A stretch of DNA of 63,930 bases, counting the filler, from Octopus bimaculoides (taxonomy: Eukaryota): NCBI RefSeq assembly GCF_001194135.2. It is 6 parts of 5 records of this genome, joined end to end, with 100 filler letters (N's around TTAATTAATTAA, not from the genome) between each part and the next. Parts side by side here need not be neighbours in the genome. Positions count along the whole stretch, not along the records: positions 1 to 31,556 come from NC_068998.1; 5 more parts are not named here. One strand, 5' to 3'. Positions 1 to 11,617 of the stretch are shown piece by piece. Positions within the stretch are counted from its first letter, which is position 1; each line of letters starts with the position of its first letter. A program made the translations under genes and the position numbers. The notes below the pieces were generated by a model. That model did not search any database and was not told the DNA's origin. It was given only the letters and a program-made list of their open reading frames with translations.

Positions 1-900
1 AACATGTAATCACTACCAATATAGCAAGAGATTTCTTCGCAAAAAATCTAAAATAGACTCCTTAAGGATTGTTCTCCTTGGTTATATATCCAAAATTTTT
101 AATTTAAAAGAGAGTTTTGACGCTGATATCCATTATTATTGAAATTTATTCCTATGTCAACATTTCTGTATAAGGCTATATTTAATTGTCAAATTCAAGT
201 CAAACATATAAATTGCCTTACACATCATCAGGGAAAAAAGGTAAAGAACAAAAAGTAAACATCAAAACATTGTCTCTAAGTCCAGTTCATATTCAAATTT
301 CTCCTTAAATAACTCGTTAAATAAATTCCTCCTTAAATAAAGGTCCGTTAAAGGGAGAAAACCCCTCATAATATTATTAATAAATTATAAACAATCACAT
401 ATTACAATGGAAATCTATATTATATTATCTCTAGAAGATTGAAGTTTGAAGGCCCTAATGCGAGAGTTAGAAATGTAGTTTATCAATGTAAGGTAAGGAC
501 TCAGACAGATGTTAGCCGATACCTGGAGTGTACTTCAGGACAAATCTGTAAAAGATTATCTAATTATTATAGTACCTTTAGAGATAGAAGTAAAATAGTA
601 AGCACTAGTCTTAGTAAATTCATTTGGGAACTGAAAGAACAAAAAAAGCAATATTCGTTAGAATGGTCGATCATCAGGAGGTCTTTTCCGTATGACAAAG
701 GTAGGAGATAGTGTTCGTTATGTAATTTAGAACTATATTTTATATTATTCTCTAAGGGTAAGTTGATAAATAAACTAACAAATAATGCTCTAAGATGTAC
801 ACATTTTCCAAGACACACATTTCTCTGGTTTAAATGAATTATAAATTGTAGTATGACCGGGTATTATAGTATATTATAGTATAATATTTAGTCTTAAGGC
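1..900 (+). mobile_element. Penelope-like element, degenerate 3' part (linker + GIY-YIG endonuclease)
   Basis: Translates to TNIARDFF near 20-50 and NVVYQCKV...YLECTSGQICKRLSNYYSTFR...TSLSKFIWELKEQKKQYSLEWSII...CSLCNLE (439-760). This matches the PLE GIY-YIG C-terminal pattern (VVY..., YIG-like, LS.YIWELK, C.LC); in-frame stops are present. Confidence 0.85.
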
Positions 901-1285
901 AGGCCATATCAATGTATAATTTACCAATAGCAGTTGTGTTTTTTGCTAAAGCTTCTAGAGATAATATAATATAGATTTCCATTGTAATATGTGATTGTTT
1001 ATAATTTATTAATAATATTATGAGGGGTTTTCTCCCTTTAACGGACCTTTATTTAAGGAGGAATTTATTTAACGAGTTATTTAAGGAGAAATTTGAATAT
1101 GAACTGAACTTAGAGACGACGTTTTGGTGTTTACTTTTTGTTCTTTACCTTTTTTCCTTGAAGATGTGTAAGGCAATTTATATGTTTGACTTGAATTTGA
1201 CAATTAAATATAGCCTTATACAGAAATGTTGACATAGGAATAAATTTCAATAATAATGGATATTAGCATCAAAACTATCTTTTAT
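104..1285. repeat. ~335-bp inverted repeat (arms ~104-437 and ~952-1285) flanking the GIY-YIG segment
   Basis: 952-1285 is the reverse complement of 104-437 with few mismatches (e.g. ctctagaag 429-437 vs cttctagag 952-960). Confidence 0.95.
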
Positions 1286-1480
1286 ATNNNNNNNNNNNNN
1301 NNNNNNNNNNNNNNNNNNNNNNNNNNNNNNNNNNNNNNNNNNNNNNNNNNNNNNNNNNNNNNNNNNNTATATATATATATATATATCAGATTTAGTAGTA
1401 CAAACAAGATAAATAACTCTAAATATGAGTATATACATTTTTTACTTGAAGTGCAGGAGTGGTTGTGTGGTTTTAGGTGT

Positions 1481-1594
1481 AGGAGTGACTGTGTGGTAAG
1501 AAGCTTGCTTCCCAACCACATGGTGCCAGGTTCAGTGCCACTGCATGGAATCTTGGGCAAGTGTCTTCTACAATAGACTTAGGCTGACCAAAGC
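1481..1594 (+). mobile_element. tRNA-like SINE family B, 5' part
   Basis: aggagtgactgtgtggtaagaagcttgcttcccaaccacatgg...ggttcagtgccactgc; the same head recurs at 16848, 32375, 44280 (minus) and 61155. Confidence 0.85.
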
Positions 1595-1596
1595 TA

Positions 1597-1937
1597 GACT
1601 GTGGTCATGCTGGGGCACTGCCTGGAAGATTTTTCAGTTGAAGGAATCAACCATAGTACATATTCTATCTGTCTTTCATGCCAAACTACTAACTTACAGG
1701 AACTTAAACACACGAAGACTGGTTGTCAAGCAGTGGTTGGGAACAAACATGGACATACAGACACGTGCACACATAAATATATATACAATGGGCTTCTTAC
1801 AGCTTCTGTCTACCAAATTCATTCACAAGCCTTTGGTCAGCTTGAGGCTATAGAAGACACTAGTCCCACTGGTACCACCAGTGGTACTAAACCCAGAACC
1901 ATATGGTTGGGAAGCAAACTTCTTACCACACAGCCAT
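1597..1937 (-). mobile_element. SINE family B, near full length
   Basis: Reverse complement of the 16848-17200 family (head, TA/TG middle, ...ccagcatgaccacagtc tail). Confidence 0.85.
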
Positions 1938-1959
1938 GCTTGCTTTAAAAAAAAAATTA

Positions 1960-3660
1960 ATCCACAGAGAGTATTCTTGATCCCTTCTTCAGAGCTAAAT
2001 TCAGTCATGTGACTCCAGAGGTCTTTTATCAACTAGTTCACACTTGGAGTGAGAAGAAGCAATCAGGAAAGTTTATTTCTTTGTGATTAAAAAATGAAGA
2101 TCTTAACCTTGTGATAATAGAATGAATTTGACAACAAAGAAGGGAACATATGCCACTGTATGGTTTGTTGGTTATGAAACAGGCTAGAATAAACCATAAG
2201 AATTGAATATTGAAAGAGAGAGTCAATATTCAGAAGGTTTGGTTGCAGAAATTTAAAAAGTGTCATGATGTAAAATATCTGAAAATCTGTGGTAAAAAAG
2301 CTTCTACTGATTATGAAGCTGCAGAAAATTATATAGACGAATTTGCCAAGATCATATCTGAGGAAAACCTTTCTCTTTACAATACTGATAAAACAACTTT
2401 GTACTGGCGCTATGTTCCAAGAAAAACCTTAACAACGACAGATGAGACAGCACCCGCAGGTTTTAAGGATGCTAAGGAAAGGCAATTCCAAGAACAGTTA
2501 ACTATTCTTGGAATTTTACGCTACTATAAAAGTCATTTTATGAACTGTGTGCTTGATGCAGTCAACAAAGGAGTAAGAATGCAAGACTACCTGAAAGAGT
2601 TCACTGTTAAGGACGCCATCTATGCAGTTGCAAATGCTTTGAATGGTGTTGACAAATCAACAGTAACAAATGCTTTGCACAGAATTTGGCTAATACTAAT
2701 GTTTAATGAAAACGACCCTATAGATAACGAGCTCAGAGGATTTTGTGTGACTAATGAGATGATATCAAAATTCGTAACTTAGGTTAAAAGTTTATCATGT
2801 GGAAGTGGAAGTGAGCTAGAAGAAACAGACATAGAAGAAATGCTAAACATTAACAACGATGCACCTGTTGTGCATTCCTTGAGTGATGGTGAAATTGTTG
2901 AAATGGTGTTAAGTACAGATATGAATGAAGACAGTAGTGATGATGATACAGAGAACACAAGAGAAAAGATCCCAATAGGCAATATTGTGAAAATTTGTGA
3001 TCAGTTAATAGCTGGCCTTGAACAGTGTGCATTTATCAGTGGACAATATATGATGGGAGTTTACTCAATTAAAGAGTTATTGCTTAGACAGAAACCTATG
3101 CTAATGAGACAGATGACATTTGAAGAAGTCTTTAAAAATGCCCTCTCTCATAGTGCTACTTCATCACTTGACCATCATCAGAAGTTTGCCTGCAACCTGA
3201 TGATGACATTGGTGACATTATAGATAACTGCAGCTACATACTTAGAGCCTAGTTATATAAATAAATTGTAATACCATTTGTAGTCTTTCTTTTAGTGTGA
3301 ATACTTATGCGTCTCTCTACAGAAATACTATGGTAAAGTGTACACCTGTACTTGTGGATCATGTATTTTTGCTTTAAATTATCCCACTTTATGCATTTTG
3401 TTATTTGTGATCTTAATTATCTCATTGTTTCATTTAGCAGTATATCACTCTATAAATAAACTGTAATAACATTTGTAATCTTTATTTCTCCCCACTGTTT
3501 GTGAGTATGTATACATGTGCTTTTGCTACCATAGTAGGTCATATGTTTTGATGTCTAGTTTACGATTTGGGGCAGCTGGCTTTTGTCCTGAAATCTGAAA
3601 AAATCCAAAATTCAAAACACAACTGTCCCCAAGGGTTCTGAATGAAGAATTTTGTACTTG
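1960..3660 (+). mobile_element. pogo/Tigger DNA transposon relic (CENP-B-like HTH + DDE_1 transposase, frameshifted)
   Basis: ORFs 2210-2782 (WLQKFKKCHDVKYLKICGKKAS...LYNTDKTTLYWRYVPRKTL) and 2840-3223 resemble Tigger/jerky-type transposases. The right end ...ctgtccccaagggttctgaatgaagaattttgtacttg|TA resembles Tigger/MER2 termini. The left TIR was not seen. Confidence 0.85.
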
Positions 3661-3732
3661 TACAAAACAAATTCTAATTTTTTCTTTACTCATCCTATTT
3701 TGTTTGCTTTGTCATTGATCTCTTGACCTACC

Positions 3733-3796
3733 AACCCAGGAATAAGTGGAAATGACCAGGTATAAATACCTGGTCATTTCCACTTATTCCTGGGTT
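3733..3796. repeat. Perfect 31-bp-arm hairpin with 2-nt loop
   Basis: aacccaggaataagtggaaatgaccaggtat-aa-atacctggtcatttccacttattcctgggtt; the arms are exact reverse complements. Confidence 0.97.
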
Positions 3797-4239
3797 TTTG
3801 TTTTCTTTTTTTTTTTTTACAAATTTTTTCCCATTCTTCCATCACGTATCACAGTCTGAAAAAATGAGCCATATCTGAAACATTATTTATCATACAAGTT
3901 TGTCTAACTTCATGAATGCTATCTGTTTTAATGATACCAATTGTAATCAGTTACTTGGGGCTCTAGTGATTTTCTATGATGTTTGGAGAATTGACTTTTA
4001 GTTTCTAGTCAGTATGTACAGACTTCAGCTGCCAAGACTCAGGATGCAAAAGAGTGTCTATTTAGCTGCAATAAGATGATCATCTAAGAAATTTGTTGCA
4101 TTCTCAACATTATAAGCCAATATATGTAATCTTTCCTGAGAAAGGAAAACAAAGTAAGGAAAAATGTTTTAAAATTTTTCCCCAAAAGAAATAGTTTGTT
4201 ATTAGTACTTGGTGCAAAGAAAAAAATTTATAACCTAAC

Positions 4240-4401
4240 CTTGCAAAATAAGGACAAAAAAATCACATGGCTGTCCTTCTCTGAAGAGGTAGTTGGCTTG
4301 GTCATCATCTTGATTTACACAAATTTCTCTCATTACATACTCTTTCAAGAGACGTTTTAACACAGACTCTGATACATATTCTTCTTTGAATGGCTCAACA
4401 C
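4240..4401 (-). CDS. CNNM: Internal coding exon of a CNNM (cyclin M / ACDP / unextended) metal transporter, CNBH domain
   Basis: On the minus strand: polypyrimidine acceptor ttttttgtcttttgtttattgtag|, a 162-nt phase-1/phase-1 exon, and donor caag|gttagg. Translation is xVEPFKEEYVSESVLKRLLKEYVMREICVNQDDDQANYLFREGQPCDFFVLILQG. From memory this aligns with CNNM2 VEAF...MSEKILLRLLK...YLYQRNKPVDYFVLILQG. Confidence 0.88.
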
Positions 4402-4880
4402 CTACAATAAACAAAAGACAAAAAATAGCAATAAGAAAGAGAAAGATACAAAAACATTGTGAATTTCATAGATTATTATTGTCATTTTAATATCAGGGTC
4501 TTTTTTTTTTTTTTTTTTCAATATCAGCATTAACTGAATGGTTCTGCAATACAAGATAATTCTATACATTTTAATCTTGCACTTTAAGATTCTTAGATAC
4601 GATTTATCTACATATTACCAAGCCTTTTTGATTAGCCTAAATCATTAGAATCTTTTATCATCAAGTGTTGATTACTTGTACTTCCAGAGAAACATCTGCT
4701 CTTCATAACACTAGTTTCACCACCATAGTCGTCAATTTGACTGTTGTGATTATATTCACATCCAAAATTTTAATTGTCATAGTAATTACTATTACTGTTC
4801 GAAGTAATCCTATAATTGCTGAGAGGCTGGTAGCCTTTATTCTTATTTCTATTGTTGTTAATATAATTTGTATTATTATT

Positions 4881-5085
4881 AAGATGGCAAGCACGCAAAA
4901 TCATTAGCACACTGGACAAAATGTTTCATGGTTATCAGATGATCTATGTGAATGAAATTTACAAACATCCAAAATACTTCATCCTTTCAGTGTCAATGAA
5001 TTAAGTACCAATTAAGCACTTGGATCAATGTAATCGATTATCCTCCTCCTCACAAATTTCAAGCCTTGTACCTATTATTAGGATT
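4881..5085 (+). mobile_element. tRNA-like SINE family A, chimeric copy (internal segment replaced by PLE-derived DNA)
   Basis: Head aagatggcaagcacgcaaaatcattagcac and tail ...cacaaatttcaagccttgtacct; 4920-5010 is identical to 5588-5678. Confidence 0.75.
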
Positions 5086-5189
5086 ATTATCATTATAATT
5101 ATTATTATTATTAGACAATAAGAAGAGCGTGATGTGATCTGTAATAAAGATTGTTTATTTAACAGTTTGAACAATATTTCAACAGATTG

Positions 5190-7270
5190 TCCGTCTTCTT
5201 CAGGTTCAAAAATGTGATGAAATTCACCCGTCATTTTATTCATTCCACTAGGGCATGATGCTAGTAATTCACAAATATATTTGTCCTCATGCATTTTGAA
5301 GACTGAAAGTGTAGTAGAGTCAGAGTATTTTCTGAGAATGAGTACTTTCACATGTTCCTCAAAATTGCAGCTGTTTGATGTAAAATGTCTGGTAAGTTCT
5401 GTTAATCTACTGCTATTGTTTGTGCCTGACATCATACCTATACCCATTGAATTTTTTACTTAATTATTCTATTGTACAACAAACATAAATCAAGTTGTGT
5501 TTGGTGCATTCTACAGCATATACCAAATGGGAATCTTTACACATCTGACCTATATAAATCATAACTTTTTTGTTATGATTTGTGCTTAATGTTTCATGGT
5601 TATCAGATGATCTATGTGAATGAAATTTACAAACATCCAAAATACTTCATCCTTTCAGTGTCAATGAATTAAGTACCATGAATTAAGTACCAATGAATTA
5701 AGACTTGACTCATGTTCTTTTCTACTCTAGGCACAAGGCCCAAAATTTTGGGGAAGGGAGCCAGTCAATTAGATCAATCCCAGTACGCAGCTGGTACTTA
5801 ATTTATCGATCCCGAAAGGATAAAAGGCAAAGTCGACCTCGGCGGAATTAAAACTCAGAACGTAAAGACAGACGAAATACTACTAAGCATTTCGTCTGGC
5901 GTGCTAACATTTCTGCCAGCTCACTGCCTTTGACTTGACTCATGTTGTTGCACAATGAACAGAGTTTACCACTCTTGCAGTTGTTTTTCAAGGTGCAGTG
6001 TTCAGAAACTCCAATGGTAGTTTTCTTGTGGTTAGAAGTAGTGGTTAATATTTCTCTTATATTTTTTATTGCATCTAAAGGTAACAATAGGTGGCTGAAG
6101 GAATATTTGTTAGAAATGAGGATATTTTTCTGCATTATGCTGTTAACTTTCATGCAACACTTTTGAAATGCCAGTGAAATTTCAATGTCAATTAATCACT
6201 AAAGGAATTTTTTTGACTTTCTTTGCTAATTATAGCAATGTCATTTGCAATTTCCTTTAATCGTGATTCACTGTAACTGCATTTGACATAATGATGTACA
6301 AAAACATTTGCATATTTCCAGTAATCTCCTATATCAGTACAAATCCATTTTATCCTAAAAATTTAGGATTTTGGATTTGACCTAATTATATGACATGGAT
6401 GATCAGAGTGGTGATGAAGGTTTAATATGGGATGACATGGGCTTGCAAAATAACTCACTATTCTGCCTTCTGAAAACTCAACATTTGTGTCCAAAAACTC
6501 AATGCTAGTTTTTGAAAAACTAGATGTAAATTTTATATTGGACTTAAAGCCATAGTTTTTTGTGTAACAGTCATAGAAATGCAAGAAATCAACTAAACTG
6601 CCTGGTGATCCTTCCCAGACAAAAAAGGCATTGTCAAGGAACTGCAACTAGAGTATTGGTTCATGACCATGAAGAGATTTGAATGTCTTCATTAACTGTG
6701 TCTTGAATTTCACCATGAAGATATTAGTGAAATTAACTACCCATGGTGCAACCCCTCGTCTGGTGGTAAATATTTTGTTCAAACTTCATTGTATTACAAA
6801 GTAACACAAACTTAAATAATTTATAGAAAATATTAGATGGAATACTTTTGCTTGACAGTTTTTCAAAAGAATTTGTGAATGCTTCCACCCACTCATCATG
6901 GTTAAAATTGGGGTATAGTGAAGAAACATCTATGGTTTAAAAAAACAGTTTTTGACACCACTTTGCTGCTTAGGATAGTTGTTAATTTTCGACACAAAAT
7001 CATAAGTGTCCTGAATATAAGAACTTGATCTTTTTACTACTGAGAAAGCCATCCAGCCACTCTGAAATTTTGGCTGTACAACATTCATATCCATTGCAAA
7101 TTGGATGCATTGGAGGAAATTTTTCATACTTATATATATTTTGGGGAGACCATAAGATACAGGTATTCTTTGTTCTGACTGTAAAATCCTGGATTCAGTC
7201 TTATTTATTACAAATCAAATTGCACTCTTTTTATTGTCTATTTACTTTCGTGAAAAGTAACATCAATCTA
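5190..7270 (-). mobile_element. Penelope-like element (RT + GIY-YIG), degenerate and interrupted by a SINE
   Basis: Minus-strand motifs in order: SSYIQDTYDFVSKI / DVSSLYPNF (RT N-part), FLDNAFFVWEGS...IKFTSSFSKTSIEFLDT (RT), KNIREIL...CKSGKLCSLC, CKDSHLVYAVECTKHNLIYV, and TELTRHF...LILRK...HEDKYICELLASCPSGMN (GIY-YIG). Confidence 0.85.
5717..5931 (-). mobile_element. SINE family A, full length, with 15-bp TSD
   Basis: A-box/B-box-like head on the minus strand; direct repeat gacttgactcatgtt at 5702-5716 and 5932-5946. Confidence 0.92.
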
Positions 7271-7282
7271 TAAATTATTTAT

Positions 7283-7460
7283 GAGCCAGCAGAATTGTTA
7301 GCATGCCATGTGAAATGCTTAGCAGTATCTCATCTATCTTCCCATTCTGGGTTCAAATTCCACCGAGGGCAACTTTGCCTTTCATCCTTTTGAGGTCAAT
7401 GAAATAAGTATCAGTCTTGCATTGGGGTTGGTGTAATCAACTTACCCTTCAACCAAAATT
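7283..7460 (+). mobile_element. SINE family A
   Basis: gagccagcagaattgttagcatgcc...gggttcaaattccaccgagggcaactttgcctttcatcc. Confidence 0.85.
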
Positions 7461-7469
7461 TGATGAAAG

Positions 7470-9005
7470 ATATTGTGTTTACCAAGGATTTGTACCGTTT
7501 GTCAAGTTACAACAAGGACCTCAGACAGACAGTATTTTACGTAATATGTGTGCAGTTCCAAGTAATGCCAACTTTTGCAATACATCTAGACTGTAGGGTA
7601 TTTCTAAGGTTTTCAGATGTTTTTTTAGATTAGGTAATATTGAACCCAATACTCCGATGATGATAATAGGGATAACCTTTATGTTTGACTCTCATAGATG
7701 TCACATCTTAGCAATCTCAATTCTCAGGTCTCCATATTTACCAACTTTTCCTCTTTCTTTCATCATGATATGTTGATCTCCTGGCACTGTCACGTCAATT
7801 ATTAGGCACTCCTGTTTGTCCCTCTTAAAGCTTACTATATCCGCCCTTTGGTGCTCTAAACCTTGTCTGTCAGGAAATCAAAGTCTCAGAGGATTCTTGC
7901 CTTCCCCTTTTCATCCATTAACTTTTCCGGTGCATGTTGGTACCAAGCACCTGCAACCTCATATCCATACTAATGGCATGGCATGGTAACCAGTGGTGGT
8001 TTTGGGCTACCTTGTCATGTCTATGCTTGTAATCTTGCTGCACAAGACTTTCACAAGCACTAACAATGTGAGTCACACTTTCAACCCTCTTCCCACACAT
8101 TCTGCAGAGGTCCATTGCACTTGTGTGATATATATTCTTTTTCACTGAGTTGGTATTCAATGCCTGGTCCTGGGCAGCGATGATTAGGCTTTCAGTATTC
8201 TTTTTTAGNNNNNNNNNNGCCTGGTCCTGGGCAGCGATGATTAGGCTTTCAGTATTCTTTTTTAGGTCACCCTTGTTGAGCCACCTCCATGATGCTTCCT
8301 GGTCTTTTAATTAGTTGGTTTCATGGTGGAATTGACCATGTAATTCCATACGGAGTAGGGTTTCTTCTCTCTCATTGGCTGTTCTTGATCGGAATTCATG
8401 AGCAATCTCAAATCCATTTTTGTTAACTCCTTCTGCACTAGCAGCATACTGTAGCAGGGCTTGTTTACTGTTTACCAAATATTCTGCCATGATTCTTCTT
8501 TCACTGTTGATGCACTCCCATATGCTAATCAGCCCACGTCCACTTTTACCTCTCTTCATGTAGAGCCTGTGTACATTTGCACTGTCATTGTCTTTCAGGT
8601 AGTGCAATTGAGTTGGTCAATCTCCGCTTGTGTCCATTTCAGGATGGGTGCACTATAGCAGACTACAGCAACAATCCATGTGTTGATGGCAGTCACAAAG
8701 TTCCTTGAGTTGAGCTTTGATTTCAAGAGAAGTTTGAGGCACTTGAAATATGCAGTGATGACCTTGTCTTTCATTTTTTTATGCAAGATAATGTCCAGCT
8801 CGAGGATCCCAAGGTACTTGTACTCATCATCATCCAGATTTCCAGTCTCTCTCTGCTTGACAATTCTATGCCGCTACAATTTACTCTTTTCCCCTGATTC
8901 AAATAAGCACCACACACTTCAAGATACTGAATTCCATCCATATATCCTTGCTACACATTTGCAGTCTCAACCAGCCTCTCCATTTCAGGCTCTGTTTTTG
9001 TGAAC
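7470..9005 (-). mobile_element. REL-endonuclease non-LTR retrotransposon (R4/Dong-like), 5'-truncated, degenerate
   Basis: YKYLGILELD-like RT C-terminus, KLNSRNFVTAINTW, RLYMKRGKSGRGLISIWEC, CCHC-type CRMCGKRVESVTHIVSAC...YKHRHDKVA, REL PD..D region, and KLALLGTAHI at the end. Confidence 0.85.
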
Positions 9006-9030
9006 AGATTTATTATTTTTATTATTATTA

Positions 9031-9243
9031 TGGTGGTGAGCTGGCAGAATTGTTAGCACCCCACACAAAATGCTCAATGGCATTTCATCCATCTTTACAT
9101 TTTGAGTTCAAATTCTGTAGATGTTGACTTTGCCTTTCATCCTTTCAAGATTGATGAAATAAGTACCAGTTGAGCACTGGGGTCAATGTAATCATCTACT
9201 TCCCTCTCACAAAATTTCAGGCTTTGTGCCTATTGTAGAAACT
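9031..9243 (+). mobile_element. SINE family A, flanked by (TAT)n
   Basis: Typical head ggtggtgagctggcagaattgttagcac and tail ggctttgtgcctattgtagaa. Confidence 0.88.
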
Positions 9244-9961
9244 TATTATTATTGTATGTATAATTATTGTTCTTCTGTTCAGCATGTACCTTATTTTATT
9301 GAGGAAAAAAAATTACTAGCAAGTAGAGTTTGGTTATAATAAGTGATTATTACATATATCTTCATTAGCAGACAAGTTAGAAATTCTAATAGAAATATTA
9401 TTTACAACATTATTCAAGACAGCCTATGGTGCTTAGATTTAATATTGATGTATTTGAAATACTTGTTGGATAAGAAGAGTTGTTAATGCCAAACTGTAAA
9501 ATAGAGAAATCATGTTTATTTTAGAGGAGATGGAACAATGTATACCTCACATGTATTATACTAAAGGTTAATTTTCAGTTTATCCTCAATAATCAATACA
9601 ATCCTATCTAAAATATTCTTACTAATTCGACTTAAGTCAGATCTAGTGGGGCAAATGTGTCTGATCAATGGTGTGATAGTAAAATCAGCTTCAAACTGAA
9701 GTGAAATCTAGGTGCATAAGGGTCAGCTGTGTCTTCGACGTCTGGTTTTCAAACAAATTCAGTGCTGGTGATTAATTTTCCTCAAAACAGACTCACTCTC
9801 TATTTTATAGCTTCTGTTCAGTTCATTAGTTTATAAAGTTCCAATATTCATCCAAAATATAATTTTATAGACAGACAGAGAGATGCACATGTACATAATG
9901 TATGTGTATGATGATCATGATAATATATACATATATTTGAGGCACATAAACATCTTTTGAA

Positions 9962-10310
9962 CACTGGGCCTCATGGAGGCAAAGTGGCTGAGTTCCTTTG
10001 AAGCGCTGGACCTGACGGAGGCAAGGTAGCTGAGTTCCTTTTGAGAGCTGGGCTTCAAAGAGACAAAGTGGCTGAGTTCCTTTCAAGCATTAGGCCTGAC
10101 GGAGGTAAGGTGGCTGATTTCTTTTCGAGTGTTGGGCCCTACAAAGGCAAAGTGGCTGAGTTCCTTATGAGCATTGGGCCTCATGGAGGCAAAGTGGCTG
10201 AATTCTTCATGAGCATGGGGCCTGATGGAAGCAAAGTTTCTCTCAAGCGTTGGGCCTGACGGAGGCAAAATGGCTGAGTTCCTTTCAAGTGATGGGCCTC
10301 ACGGAGGCAA
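9962..10310 (+). repeat. 42-bp minisatellite, ~8.5 diverged copies
   Basis: Unit approx. gttgggcctcatggaggcaaagtggctgagttcctttcgagc; one copy carries a short deletion. Confidence 0.92.
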
Positions 10311-10319
10311 CAACCTAGA

Positions 10320-10620
10320 CCTTTGGCATTATGTCATACTTTGAGAAGAAGACCCATCAAGCTGAGCAGTTGTGGCAGATACCAGTGTCTCGCAAATTGG
10401 TACCTGTGCCAGTGGTACATAAACACACCCCAGTGTTGTGTAAATGGCACTTAAAAGCACCCATTACACTCTGGAGTGGTTGGTGTTAGGGAGAACATTT
10501 AACCATAGAAAACCATGCCAAATCAGACTGGAGTCTGGTGCAGCCTTCCAGCATACCAGCCCAGTCAAACCATCCAACCCATGCTAGCCTGGACAATGGA
10601 CATTAAATGATGATGATGAT
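10320..10620 (+). mobile_element. RTE LINE 3' UTR with (GAT)n tail
   Basis: ...gagtggttggtgttagg...ccatccaacccatgctagc...taaatgatgatgatgat; the same tail occurs at 12415-12605, 12600-12890 (minus) and 26237-26415 (minus). Confidence 0.8.
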
Positions 10621-10698
10621 TTATATATATATACATATAGGAAGAGAGAGAGAAAGAGAGAAAGAGAAAGATACACACAAATATATATATAAATATAT

Positions 10699-10729
<31 letters not shown>

Positions 10730-11322
10730 NNNNNNNNNNNNNNNNNNNNNNNNNNNNNNNNNNNNNNNNNNNNNNNNNNNNNNNNNNNNNNNNNNNNNNN
10801 NNNNNNNNNNNNNNNNNNNNNNNNNNNNNNNNNNNNNNNNNNNNNNNNNNNNNNNNNNNNNNNNNNNNNNNNNNNNNNNNNNNNNNNNNNNNNNNNNNNN
10901 NNNNNNNNNNNNNNNNNNNNNNNNNNNNNNNNNNNNNNNNNNNNNNNNNNNNNNNNNNNNNNNNNNNNNNNNNNNNNNNNNNNNNNNNNNNNNNNNNNNN
11001 NNNNNNNNNNNNNNNNNNNNNNNNNNNNNNNNNNNNNNNNNNNNNNNNNNNNNNNNNNNNNNNNNNNNNNNNNNNNNNNNNNNNNNNNNNNNNNNNNNNN
11101 NNNNNNNNNNNNNNNNNNNNNNNNNNNNNNNNNNNNNNNNNNNNNNNNNNNNNNNNNNNNNNNNNNNNNNNNNNNNNNNNNNNNNNNNNNNNNNNNNNNN
11201 NNNNNNNNNNNNNNNNNNNNNNNNNNNNNNNNNNNNNNNNNNNNNNNNNNNNNNNNNNNNNNNNNNNNNNNNNNNNNNNNNNNNNNNNNNNNNNNNNNNN
11301 NNNNNNNNNNNNNNNNNNNNNN

Positions 11323-11360
<38 letters not shown>

Positions 11361-11617
11361 TCGAAATAACCCACATGCAATCCACAGAGCAAACCGCACG
11401 CATATACACACACACACATATATATACACATACACACACGTTCTGTTATTACACACATACACACAGACCCCCACGCACGCACACATACTTACCTCCCTCT
11501 TGCACTCTCCTGTCTTAGAAAGAACTTTTCCTCCACCACTTCCCCTTCCGGTCCTTCCACAATGTAACCTCGTGGACATCGGTGGCGATTTTTTCTTCCT
11601 CCGTTTTTCCCTTCCTT

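Noticed and set aside
4000-4135. Good minus-strand acceptor (ttttcctttctcag) as the next CNNM exon
   Set aside because: The required phase-1 frame hits TAA within 9 codons and lacks the GRVEV/GPF motif.
8160-8265. Direct duplication around a 10-N gap (also 27898-27972)
   Set aside because: Typical contig-overlap artefact at gap edges.
9463-9493. 31-nt minus-strand segment with AG/GT and phase-1 end as the missing upstream CNNM exon
   Set aside because: In-frame translation (FGINNSSYPT) does not match the conserved ISPQL.LA.FQ.LST segment; the resemblance needs frameshifts.
9962-10310. CRISPR-like array
   Set aside because: Contiguous tandem units without unique spacers; eukaryotic context, no cas genes.
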